Assembly: GCA_963514005.1 (NCBI GenBank)
Contig: OY740804.1
Location: forward strand, 28,086,001-28,150,000
From: Raja brachyura
Taxonomy: Eukaryota
Direction: 5' to 3'
Length of the DNA stretch: 64,000 bases
Position numbers and translations under genes: made by a program. This document shows positions 13,953-25,139 of this stretch, piece after piece. The stretch's first letter is position 1; each line of letters starts with the position of its first letter. Under the pieces are notes generated by a model, which did not search any database, was not told where the DNA came from, and saw only the letters and a program-made list of their open reading frames with translations.

Positions 13953-14519
13953 ATCATTTTGTGTCTATATCACTGGATCCCTAATGGCTCTCATGCCCCC
14001 GCCCCGTTCTTACTGTAAAACAGCCAGACAATGCACCAAGCTGTAAAAGGGCCACTTTCACTAACTATGTGAACTACAGGACCATTTTTTTCACCATCTG
14101 CTCTGAGCTCCACACTGCAGCGATGCTGCAGTCGTTCTCAGTGCTGCGTGTGTACAAATGGGGAGCAGATGAATATCAATGTAGGGAGTCAGTCAATGCT
14201 AACTCAGTGCCCCAGCCAGGAACCTTCAAATCACATACTGTTCCTGACCTGTCCATGACTTACTGGCTGCATGAAGTCAGAAACATGCAGGTCAAAGCCC
14301 ATTTGCTTCAGATCCAAAGTCAGGAACTTACTCTGCTTTTGTTGAAGATGTTTCCACTGGTGTGAAACAGAATGAGTACTTGATGTCAGTGCTAGGATAT
14401 ACTGTCAAGAACTGAGGTAGGCACAAAATGCTGGAGTGACTCAGTGGGACAGGCAGCATTCAGACCCCTGAAGAAGGGTCTCGACCCAAAACGTCAACCA
14501 TTCCTTCTCTCCAGAGATG

Positions 14520-14835
14520 CATATAAGATTGTTAAGGGTTTAGACACAGTTTAAGAATAAGGAGTAAGCCATTTAGAACGGAGACGAGGAAACACTTTTT
14601 CTCACAGAGTTGTGAGTCTGTGGAATTCTCTGCCTCAGAGGGCGGTGGAGGCAGGTTCTCTAGATGCTTTCAAGAGAGAGCTAGATAGGGCTCTAAAAAT
14701 AGCAGAGTCAGGGGATATGGGGAGAAGACAGGAACGGGGTACTGATTGGGGATGATCAGCCATGATCACATTGAATGGCGATGCTGGCTCGCAGGGCCGA
14801 ATGGCCTACTTCTGCACCTATTGTCTATTGTGTAT
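14520..14835 (+). mobile_element. CR1 3' fragment nested in a Penelope-derived repeat
   Basis: CR1 3' end with ctattgt tail splits ...ccagagatgc|...|tgtcccgctgagttactcc. Confidence 0.8.
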
Positions 14836-15676
14836 TGTCTGTCCCGCTGAGTTACTCCAGCATTTTGTGTCTATCTTTGGTGTGTACCCAGCATCTGCAG
14901 TTCCTTCCTATGCAAAAACTAAAGTGTCTGGTTCAATTTCATGAAGGAAAAAACATTAATCAGAAGCAAACACTTTAAAACATGGGCAAAATGAATGAAT
15001 GAAAGAATAAGTTTATTGGCCAAGTATTCACATACAAGGAATTTGCCTTGGTGCTCCGCCCGCAAGTGACAACATGACATACAGTGACAATTAGGAATGG
15101 TACATAAAACATTAAACAGAATGATGTTAATATATAGTTTGAAGTGTAAAGCACATGGGCTCTAAAGATCTAATTTCCATACTTGGAGCTGTGGTTTGCA
15201 GGCATTGCTGGGACCAATGCAAGTGCCCATGACTACACCTTTGACCCGGAGGAGGTGGGGGGAGTCGAAGGAGAAGTTGTTAATGGTGAGGACCAAGAAG
15301 GGTTCCGACCCAAAACATCACCTATTCCTTTTCTCCAGTGATGCTGCCTGACAAGCTGTGTTACTCCAGCATTTAGTGTCTAATTTCCTGACATGCGTAT
15401 TTTAGGTTTTAAATGCTGTCTGGTGTGGATGTCTGTTTCACATTTGTACATTTGCAACAATTTTCTTGATTCGTTGAATGACGATATCTGAATTATCAAG
15501 TCTAGTTTAACTCGTGCGCATGATTTCAAACTGATAGCTGTTCACAAAATCATAAAATGTTTGTGATAATTTTGTGAGTCAATTGAATGACTCAATCAAT
15601 GAGGTGCCTCATGAAGTGTTTCTAGTGTTCATCTCCTCCCTCTATAACTCCCAGCCAAGCCAACTCCTGGGATAGG

Positions 15677-16044
15677 CAGGGGCGGAAATCCTGGAGGGTA
15701 CAGAGGGGAGACCCCCCCCCACCCCCATGCCTTGAGAGGTGGGGGACGAACCCCCCCCCCATGTTTTGTCATCCGGACTTTATCAGCCACTTTCTAAGGG
15801 CTGAATCGGCCCATTCGCGGGGCCTTTCAGCACCCATCGTGGCTTAAAATCAAACTGCTTCATCGAGGCGATCACGGCTCCTGATGTTGAAGCCCCCGCC
15901 GGCCGATGAAAGACCCCGTGAACAGGCCGATTTAAGCCCACGGCCGAAGCCTCGCGTGTGTGCGCATATGTGTGTGTATATGCATGCGCACAGCCGCCAA
16001 GAAATTGTGTCCCCCGCATGTTTTGCCAGCGATTTCCGTGCCTG
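15677..16044. mobile_element. hAT-type MITE
   Basis: TIR caggggcggaaatc / gatttccgtgcctg; 8-bp flanks gggatagg (15669-15676) and gggatagt (16045-16052), 7/8 identical. Confidence 0.8.
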
Positions 16045-16717
16045 GGGATAGTTATGTTCTCGCCAAATAAAAGCAAATGCGATGGTGCGCATCAGTGCTA
16101 TGTTTCCTCCTTTCACACATCTTGTATTGTTCCATCCCATCATATATAGCTCTCCACGTTGTTTCTCTTGAGATCACACTTCCCTGAACCAACAACGGAC
16201 CTGTGTAGGAAGGAACTGCAGACGCTGGTTTCAACTGAAGATAGACACAAAAAAGCTGTAGTAACTCAGCGGGACAGGCAGCATCTCTGGAAACAAGGAA
16301 TGGGGATGTTTCGGGTATAGACTTCTCTCCAGAGATGCTGCCTGTCCCACTGAGTTACACCAGCTTTTTGTGTCGACCAACAATGGACCTACCAGGCAAC
16401 ACTCTGCCTGAGGTAATGTGTGGCTGGCTCTTTTTGGTCCTGGTCTTTTCTCGTCTCCAGTTCTTCACCTGCCCCACCCCCTCACCCCCCACAACCTGCC
16501 ACTCCCAACCCAATATATCACCCATCCTTTCTTGCCAGAGAAGCTGCCTGACTTGTTGAGCTACTCTAGCACTTTGGTACAAGGCAGCATCTGCAGTTCT
16601 TTGTTTCTCCATTTGCAGTTCCATTTGTCTCAGTTCTTTATGTCATGTCATTACTGCTGATAGCTTTCTTGGAAACAATAAATGTAATGGATTTGCAGTG
16701 GGAATGTGACGTACTTC

Positions 16718-16782
16718 ACTATTTCATTTCGGAGTCACGTGAGTGACTTCGTGAAGAGCCCGCCGGCGCGCATGCTTGACAT
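16718..16782 (+). repeat. DIRS left inverted terminal repeat
   Basis: ...ttcgtgaagagcccgccggcgcgcatgcttgacat is the reverse complement (one mismatch in this part) of atgtcgagcatgcgcgccggcgggctcttcacgaa at 21776; the outer part is more diverged. Confidence 0.92.
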
Positions 16783-16916
16783 ATCGTCGTATCGCGTTGC
16801 TGCGACGGCTGGCGGTGGAGCGCGCTCCTCGCCAGCCCTTCGTAAGGGAGCCGCTAAGGTAAGTATTCTACCTTACGTTGGTGGTTCTTGTTGTGTTTTG
16901 TTTTCACAGCAAGGAC

Positions 16917-18499
16917 ATGGATGGGAGCGGTAAAGGCCGGAGAACGTCTGGACGAGGTCGCCGGTCTACAGTCCCGGAGCCAGTGATATCGGCGGTACCT
17001 GCAGCGCAGGCCGGGACAGGGGCGGAAATGTCGGTGAGCCCTGTGTTTACAGGTCCGGATCCGCCAGCACACCACAGCTCGGAGGAGTTCGACGAGGAGG
17101 AGTGTGGTGTGCCGCCAGAGCAGGAGGATCCTGCCATGGCAGTCAGGTCGTCAGCAGGCTTGCTGGCGGCCTCGAGCAGAAGGGTGCGTGCGGCTGCACG
17201 GCCCTTTTCACCCAGCCCTCCGCGGAGGGGAAGGGCAGGAGTCCGGAAGTCTAACCCTGTTGGGGCTAAGGCTTTACCTGCCGCCGAGGAGCGGTCAGGT
17301 TCCAGGGCGGAACCCGGGGCGGCTGTGAGGTCCAGTCGACGCCCCCCAACTCTCGACGCCGGGACGGGTCGGTTGGGTCGGGTCTCGTCGCGGTCGCCGA
17401 GCCCCCCATGGATGGGTGGGCGAGACCATGCGTGGGCGAGGTCCACGACGTGGGCTGCCGGCAAGCCTGCGCGGGCATCGGGTATCCAGGCTGCGGCTGG
17501 TGCCGACATCACGCCGCAAGTGTCCTTAGTGGCAGCGGCGTCCGCTCCCGCTAAACGGATGCGGTTGAATACGCCCGCGCAGGAATCGCGCAGTTTCGCT
17601 TCGGCGGCTGCTAGCGACAACTACCGGCACCGGGTGGGCCTCGATGAGGTGCGGGCCGATGATAGGGGCCCCGGCCATTTTTCAGAGCCGGAGGACTCCG
17701 ACCACCTGAGTGTTCAGGGTGAAGGGCGTATTGACCGGATGGAGCGGCTGCTGGAGCTCCTGCTTCATGGTCAACAGCAGCAAGCGTCCAGCAGCGACAG
17801 GTACAGGGCAACTCGAAATTGGCAGCCACAGTGGACTTCCTCAACAACCATCAGCTCCAGGAGGAGGTTCTCATTCAGGCCATGAGCCGTCACAAGGCTC
17901 CATCCAACTGCAACTCCCTCAACGTGCGTGTGGTCAATACGCCGATATGGGGCAACATCAGTGCGGCTATCCGTCAACAGGAGCTGAAAATTCAGCGGAT
18001 CCTGAAGCTCCTCACGGCCGGTATTACCGCCTTTGTGCGGTCGGTTGATGGGGATGACTTAAGTTTGGACCAGGAGGATGCTCTGGCTCTATTGTGCGCA
18101 ACTCAACATGAAATCAATGGGTTCCGCAAAAGCAGCATCCGCCCGGCGCTCAACCCTAAGTTTGCAGGGCCGCTGCCGCCGCCCCGTCAGCTCTTTGGCG
18201 AGGATCTCTCTAAGAGGGTCAAAGAGCTTGACGAACAAGCCAAAACGGTGGGACTCATGCGCCCTCGCGGTGCCCCCACGCCGTCGGGCTCGAAAGCGCC
18301 GCTTGTTCGACCACGAGGGTCTGCCAGCACCTCTACGAGGACCTACCCTCCAGCTCCACCCCGTTACCAACCGCCCCAGCACCAGGGGGCTTTGTTAGGA
18401 CAAGGTCGGCAGAAACCCTGGTGGAAGATGAGGACGCCGCGCCCTCAGGCCAACCCAGCACCTCCACGTCCACCCACATGTGTCAGGGACCGCCGGTAA
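16917..18499 (+). pseudogene. DIRS ORF1 (gag-like), frameshifted near 17800-17820
   Basis: ATG at 16917 in ORF 16878..17885 (low-complexity, R/S/A/P-rich), continuing in another frame in 17819..18499 (PSNCNSL.V..VN..IW...IRQQELKIQRI), a gag-like core as seen in DIRS elements. Confidence 0.75.
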
Positions 18500-20425
18500 C
18501 CACGGAGGTGAGGCGGTCTGGTTCTCTCTTTTCTCTTTGTCTAACCTCACATGTTGGTGGGCGCCTTCGGTTCTTTTTGGGTGCATGGGGTGATATTACT
18601 GGTGATGAGTATGTGTTACGAAATGTTCAGGGTCATAGCATTGAGTTTCTTAATGGGGACATTCCTGCATCCCAGCACAGGCCTGGTCGAACATTTAAAT
18701 TGTCTGCTGCAGAACAGGCAGCAGGCTATAAGGAAATTTTGAGGCTAGAACAGAAGGGAGTGAAAGAGAAAACGGTTCATGAGCCCGTGGAATTTGTTTC
18801 CAATATATTCACTCGACCAAAGAAGGATGGAGGCTGTCGAGTCATCATTGACCTGACTAGTTTAAATACTTTTGTAACATATACTCATTTCAAAATGGGC
18901 ACTTTTGAAACAGCCAAATCATTGATTTCACATGGTTGCTTTATGGCATGCATTGATTTACAAGATGCGTACTATACTGTATCCATTCAAAAATATTATA
19001 GGAGGTTTCTGAAATTTATCTGGATGGGTCAACTCTGGCAATATAGGGTTTTGCCCAATGGGCTTACCACAGCCCCTCGATTATTCACTAAATTGGTGAA
19101 GCCAATTATGGCCTATTTACGACAATGACATCATATAGTAATGGCCTATTTAGATGATATCTTAATTGTGGGCCACACCCTGGAATTGGCTCAACAGGGT
19201 GTTGCAGCTGCAGTCAATTTATTTCAGCAGCTGGGGTTCATTGTCCATCCAGCCAAATCAAAGTTCTGCCCCTCCCAGGTAATTCATTATCTGGGGTTTA
19301 CGGTGGACTCGCATGAGGGTCACCATACCACCTAATAAGGTTGAGGAGGTCACCCAGGTGTGTCAAGGTTTAATCACCGCTGGTATACCATCGATTCGTC
19401 ATACAGGTACAGTAATTGGCAAACTTGTAGCTTTGTTTCCGGCAGCCCGATATGGGCCTTTGCATTATCAGAATTTGCAAAGGGCCAAGATCGCTGCGTT
19501 AAGACAGCACGCTGGTCATTATGATCGACCAATGCAGCTGCCGCCTGAAGCGACGGATGAGTTACGATGGTGGGTGCGCCACATTAGTAACTCGTTTAAG
19601 CCTATTATTGAGGCTAATCCGGTGGTATACTTGCAAACTGATGCGAGCTCTTATGGCTGGGGAGCTACGGATCATTCCTCTAGTTGCGGAGGCAGATGGG
19701 ATACCCTTGAGGCTACTATGATGTTGTCACACGGGATCAACTATTTGGAGCTACTTGCAGCATTCCATGGACTTCGTGCTTATTGTTCCAAGTATTTTGG
19801 GGCACATGTCCGTCTCCAAATAGACAACACCACAGCGGTGGCATATTTAAACCATATGGGCGGTACCAGGTCAGTTTCGTGTGATAAATTGGCTAACTCA
19901 ATTTGGCTCTGGTGTGTTCAGAGAGACATTTGGATTTCAGCTACCTATTTGCCAGGTGAGATTAACACTGTGGCGGACACCAGGTCACGCAAGTTCAATG
20001 ACAATATTGAATGGATGTTGCATCCTGAAATTTTTGCCAAAATCACAGCCAAATTTGGGAAACCGGATATTTACCTTTTTGCGTCCCGGTTGAACCATCA
20101 GGTACCAACCTACGTTTCGTGGGAACCAGATCCTGGGGCTATGGCGCTAGATGCATTCTCGCTGGACTGGGGGAATTGGTTTTTCTATGCATTCCCCCCG
20201 TTTTGCCTCATCAGTCGGGTATTACGAAAGATTCAGATGGATGCAGCTAAGGGCATCCTTATTATACCCGACTGGCCTACACAGCCGTGGTATCCGGTGG
20301 TCTTTGACATGCTCAGTGAGCCTTGGGTCCTTTTGAAGGGTTGCCCAGAATTAGTTACTTACCCTGTCTCAGGGGAGCCACATCCCTGCCATGGCTATTT
20401 GCATTTGTTGGCTTGCAGGTTTTGA
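18421..20425 (+). pseudogene. DIRS ORF2: reverse transcriptase, RNase H and adenine-methyltransferase-like domain; premature stop and frameshift
   Basis: VGGRL, PKKDGGCRVIIDL, IDLQDAY, LPNGLTTAPRLFTK, YLDD (19147); in-frame TGA at 19126-19128; frameshift near 19310; RNase H TDAS..GWG, INYLELLA, DNTTAVAY, N.VAD..SR; MT-like xLFASRLN and YAFPPF. Confidence 0.95.
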
Positions 20426-21405
20426 ACAGGCCGTTAGCCCAATACGGCCTCTCAACTCGGACCATGGATACCATTGCGGCGTCGTGTCGAGAGTCAACAA
20501 GGCGAAGATACCGCTCACATATCAAGAAGTGGGAAGCCTTCTGCAGCCGCTCTCGCATCACGTACGATGCCGTGACTATAACCGACGTCCTGGAATTCCT
20601 CGCGGGGTTGCACCATGATGAACACTTAAGTTACAGTGCCATCAACAGCGCCAGGAGCGCGCTGTCATTCTACCTCAAGATTGAGGTGGGATCCAACAGG
20701 CTAGTGTCCAGGCTCATGCGGGGTATATTCAATATGAATCCGCCTACACCACGCTACAATATCACCTGGGATGTCAGGGTCGTTTTAACCCTGCTCAGGA
20801 CGTGGTCCCCCATGGAAGGGCTCCAGCTGGACAAACTCACCATGAAGCTGGTGATGTTGCTAGCGCTGACTTCAGCACAGAGGGTACAGACACTCCATAA
20901 ACCACGTGTCGACAGCATGATGTCTACCCCTACCGAAGTAGTCTTCTTCGTTGATGAGCTACTAAAGCAGCATAGACCTGGGTGCACAGGGCTGCAGCTG
21001 AAGTTCTCGGCATACCCCGCAGATGCTAGGCTGTGTTTAGCCTCCCATATCCGTCACTACGTCAAGGTGACGGCAGGCATCAGAGGAATGGAGAGATACC
21101 TGCTTGTCACTCATAAAAGACCTCATCATTGAGTGACAGTCCAGACGATATCCAGGTGGCTCCGGGTCGTCTTGGGTAAGTCAGGTATCGACACTAATGT
21201 GTTCACGTCTCATTCCACCAGGGCTGCATCGACGTCGGCGGCGGCGAGGGTCATGGAGGTGCCCATGGACCATATTCTCGCCACAGCAGGATGGGCTAAT
21301 GAAGCTGTGTTTCAGCGATTTTATAACAAGCCTGTTGCTGCTCCTCTACAGTTCGCGGAAGCCGTGCTGAATGCAGGTCAAGAACGTGGAGATGTCCCCG
21401 CATGA
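20323..21405 (+). pseudogene. DIRS ORF3: tyrosine recombinase with in-frame stop
   Basis: SAINSARSALS, LALTSAQR (catalytic Arg), HSTRAAS (H-x-x-R), GW, FQRFY (catalytic Tyr); TGA at 21130-21132 splits ORFs 20323..21132 and 21133..21405 in one frame. Confidence 0.95.
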
Positions 21406-21547
21406 GGGTTTTTTGATTTGTTATTAATAAATATGCTCTTGTTTTGCAGTATGAACTATTGAGCAAGTTTGTTCCTCCCATCCATCCCTGGTAGTGGTGT
21501 GTCAGCATGGACGTGGTCCAGGGCGTGTAATCACAGAAGCTTTGAAG

Positions 21548-21660
21548 TCTTCACGAAGTCACTCACGTGACTCCGAAATGAAATAGTAAGATTGAACGAG
21601 AACTTACCAGTTCGAAGGTTGATCGTTATTTCATGAGGAGTCGCGGTGAGGGATTTCGTG
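21548..21660. repeat. DIRS internal complementary region (ICR)
   Basis: 21548-21587 is the exact reverse complement of 16718-16757 (40/40); 21582-21660 is the exact reverse complement of 21805-21883 (79/79); the halves overlap in AATAGT. Confidence 0.96.
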
Positions 21661-21775
21661 CCCTCCACGCCCAACCCTCAATCGCCTTCACCTGGTAATT
21701 TGAGTCCCTTTCATCTTACTATGCAAAGTCATTTCTGTTATTGGTTTCTGTGATTCCACACCGCTACTTTGAAGA

Positions 21776-21883
21776 ATGTCGAGCATGCGCGCCGGCGGGC
21801 TCTTCACGAAATCCCTCACCGCGACTCCTCATGAAATAACGATCAACCTTCGAACTGGTAAGTTCTCGTTCAATCTTACTATT
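21776..21883 (+). repeat. DIRS right inverted terminal repeat plus right extension
   Basis: 21776-~21839 is inverted relative to the left ITR; ~21840-21883 is an extension matched only by the ICR. Confidence 0.92.
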
Positions 21884-22756
21884 CCCTCTGTGTTGTGCCA
21901 AGTCATGACCTCACTACCCTTTGGTGCACGGTTGTCAAAGATAATGAGGAGTCCATGAATGCACAATGACAAACCCGAAATGTGTCCACTTTACAAGATG
22001 ATTGTTCATATATTGAAAGATAAATTTAGAAACGTGGAATAATGATTAATTTTGTCATGTCTGCATTATAAATATGAATTTAGAGGATGCATTCAGCGTA
22101 TATGATAGGATAGGTGTAGAGGCATATTGGCAGGTGGGACTAGTGTAGATGGGGCATGTTGGTCGGTGTGGGAAAGTTGGGCTAAAGGGCCTGTTTCCAT
22201 GCTGTATGACTCCATGACTGTAACTTGATTTTCACAGTTATTGATCTCATTTGTATGGGATCAATGTCCTGTATTAACCATAGGTATTGATTATCACCAT
22301 ATAACTTGCACATGACACAGTAACATAGCACTGAATTAGCAATTTAAGATAATATTTTGAATTGTTAAATCAACTTGGATCCACCAGGGCTGAAATAAAA
22401 TATTATCCCACAATTGATCGTTATACCAAACATAGTTTGCTTAGGTTTTCAAATGTAAACATGAAGTCACAAATTAATATTCCCTTTCGGAAGCTTATCT
22501 TGAAGATGGTGAAGGTCAAAGATGAGGCTGGAGCACCGTATGGACTTCAAGTACAGTTCCCTGCAGGGATATTTATTCTGTTCATTCATCTACTGTACAT
22601 AACAAGTGAATACAGAGAATCTTATGAAAATGTAGTTAATATTTATATATTCATATGGTTTGATTTGTTTTTGCCAGAAAATTAATATCAAGGGCAGATT
22701 TCACAACCCACTCCCCCTGCCCCCTACAACAGAAATATACCAAATTCATCTTCTAA

Positions 22757-23086
22757 AAGCCCTGTCCCACAGTACGAGTTCATTCCAAGAGCTCTCCCGA
22801 GTTTAAAAAAAAATCAAACTCGTGGTAAGCACGGAGAATGAACGTAGCGGGTACGTCGGAGCTCGGGTCGTCTCTTAGCCGCTCGTGACGCTAACGGCAG
22901 GTACTCGGGAAGACTCGCTGACGGCAGGTAAGCACGGGAAGACTCGTGAAGATTTTTCAACATGTTGAAAAATGTTCACGAGAGCCGCGAATACCAACGA
23001 GTGGCCATTACCGTAAATCTCCGAGTTTGAATCAGGGCAAACTCGGGAGAACTCTTGGAATTAACTAGTACCGTGGGACAGGGCTT
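22757..23086. mobile_element. PIF/Harbinger-like MITE, second family
   Basis: TIR aagccctgtcccac / gtgggacagggctt, TAA on both sides (22754-22756, 23087-23089), CpG-rich interior. Confidence 0.85.
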
Positions 23087-23137
23087 TAAGTAATTGCTTT
23101 TGCCCGTCCACATAGAGCTAAGGAACATATTCACATA

Positions 23138-23464
23138 CAGTGGCTTGCAAAAATGTTCATACCCCTTGAACGTTTCCACATTTTGTCACGTTACAACCAC
23201 AAACGTAAATGTATTTTATTGGGATTTTATGTGATAGACCAACACAAAGTGGTGCATAATTGTGAAGTGGAAGGAAATTGATACATGGTTTCATTTGTAA
23301 ATAAATTTGAAAACTATGTATCATTTTCCTTCCACTTCACAATTATGCACCACTTTGTGTTGGTCTATCACATAAAATCCCAATAAAATACATTTACGTT
23401 TGTGGTTGTAACGTGACAAAATGTGGAAAAGTTCAAGGGGTATGAAAACTTTTGCAAGCCACTG
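23138..23464. mobile_element. Tc1-type internally deleted transposon (fold-back)
   Basis: TA|CAGTGGCTTGCAAAA...TTTTGCAAGCCACTG|TA; arms of about 150 bp are near-perfect inverted repeats around a short spacer. Confidence 0.92.
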
Positions 23465-23961
23465 TACATCTTAGTTTAGATAGCAATGTTATTTAACACC
23501 AAAGCACTGTCACTCATAGTTTAATGACTTCGCAGCATCAGCCAAATAGGAAATTATGTTGAAGATGTTTGAAAAGTTGAAAGTGTTAGCAGAAAAAAAT
23601 AAAGGATTAAGATTCCTATTGTAAAAACGCTGAATCAACAACTTCCATTATTTTGCATCTTCATTGAGGTGCTTCGAATAGAATTGATGCCTTGGCGCTA
23701 AAGGAGATCTTAAAGCAGACGACCAAGCTCTTGGTTGACGACTAGTTTCTAAATAGTGTCCTAAAGGAGGAAAGAGGGCAAGAGATAAAAACAAAGTGTG
23801 AAGACACAGCAGCAGTGATGGAACAGTTAAGTTCTAGATGTGCAAGAGTTCCAAAATAGTGGATATATACAGTTATAAATCTGGATTAGATTGCAGAGAC
23901 TTTCTAATGAAGGCTCAGTGGTTATGTGTTTTCAATCTTGAAGCACTGGATGATGGGTGAA

Positions 23962-24972
23962 TTTAGTTTAATTTAGTTTCGAGTTACAGCATGGATATAG
24001 GCACCTACGGCCCACTGGGTCTGCGTCAACCAGCGATCCCCGCACACAAACACCATCCTATGCACCAGGAACAATTTACAATTTTTACCAGAGCCGATTA
24101 ACCTACAAACGTGCACATGTTTGCAGTGTGGTTGGAAACTGGAACACCCGGAGAAAACCCACGCAGTCACAGGGAGAACGGACAAACTCCATACCGACGG
24201 TACCCTTGGTCAGGATCGAACCCGGTTCTCTGGCGCTGTAAGGCAGCAACTCTACCCCTGCTCCACCGTGTCACTATTCAGACACATGCACCAGACTTCT
24301 GGATGATGTCAAGTTTGTAAAGATTAGTTTAGTTTACTTTAGAGAAACAGCATGAAAACAGGCCCTTCAACCCACCGGGTCAGCGCCAACCAGTGATCCC
24401 CGCATATTAATACTATCCTACACCCACTAGGGACAATTTTTACATTTACCGGGCCAATTAACCTACAAACCTGTAGGTATGTGGAGTGAGATCAGTTCAG
24501 GGTACACTGGAATGATCATATGCAGAGGAATTTTGAGGATTGTAGAAGCAGGTGGATGAAGCAAGGATACAGTAGAGTCGAAGGAGATGGAGGTGGCAAG
24601 TGAGGCTTGAAAATCAACTCCATGTCACACAAGGCACTAAGGTTGTATTAAATGGTTTGGTTCGAGTTTAGTTTAGAGATACAGCACGGAAACAGGCCCT
24701 TCGGCCTGCCGTGTCCATGCCGACCAGCGATCCCCGCACACATTACACTATCCTACACACACTAGGTACAATTTACATTTATACCAAGCCAATTAACCTA
24801 CAAACCTGTACGTCTTTGGGGTGTGGGAGGAAACCGAAGATCTCGGAGAAAACCCACGCAGGTCACGGGGGAAAACGTACAAACTCCGTACAGACAGTAC
24901 CCATAGTCAGGAACGAACCCGGGTCTCTGGCGCTGCAGGTGCTGTAAGGCAGCAGCTCCACCGTGCTGCCCA
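23962..24972 (-). mobile_element. Cluster of three same-strand SINE copies (about 23962-24270, 24325-24475, 24660-24972)
   Basis: Each has the tttag tail and aattaacctacaaac core. Confidence 0.8.
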
Positions 24973-25139
24973 GACTATTGCCAAGGAAGAGGGATAGTGT
25001 TGATGGCATGGAGAAGATCTGATAACAGGATTTAAGGCTATGATTTTGGTCACCTCGATATTTAATTTTTACTTTCCAGCTTGACAGTTTGGAGACCATG
25101 GAGAGTGCATCTCCATTGTGAAATACTGTGAATAGTGAT

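Larger units (their letters stand above)
16718..21883 (+). mobile_element. Full-length DIRS-type tyrosine-recombinase retrotransposon (disrupted ORFs)
   Basis: Order gag / RT-RNaseH-MT / YR, imperfect inverted terminal repeats, right-hand extension and an internal complementary region; GC- and CpG-rich relative to flanks. Confidence 0.97.

Noticed and set aside
16904-17620. 238-aa antisense ORF inside DIRS gag
   Set aside because: Expected shadow ORF of GC-rich coding sequence; no recognisable motif.
20005-21405. Phage-like integrase plus Dam-like methylase as bacterial contamination or prophage
   Set aside because: Both are standard DIRS domains, contiguous with RT/RNase H and bounded by DIRS termini inside a vertebrate intron.
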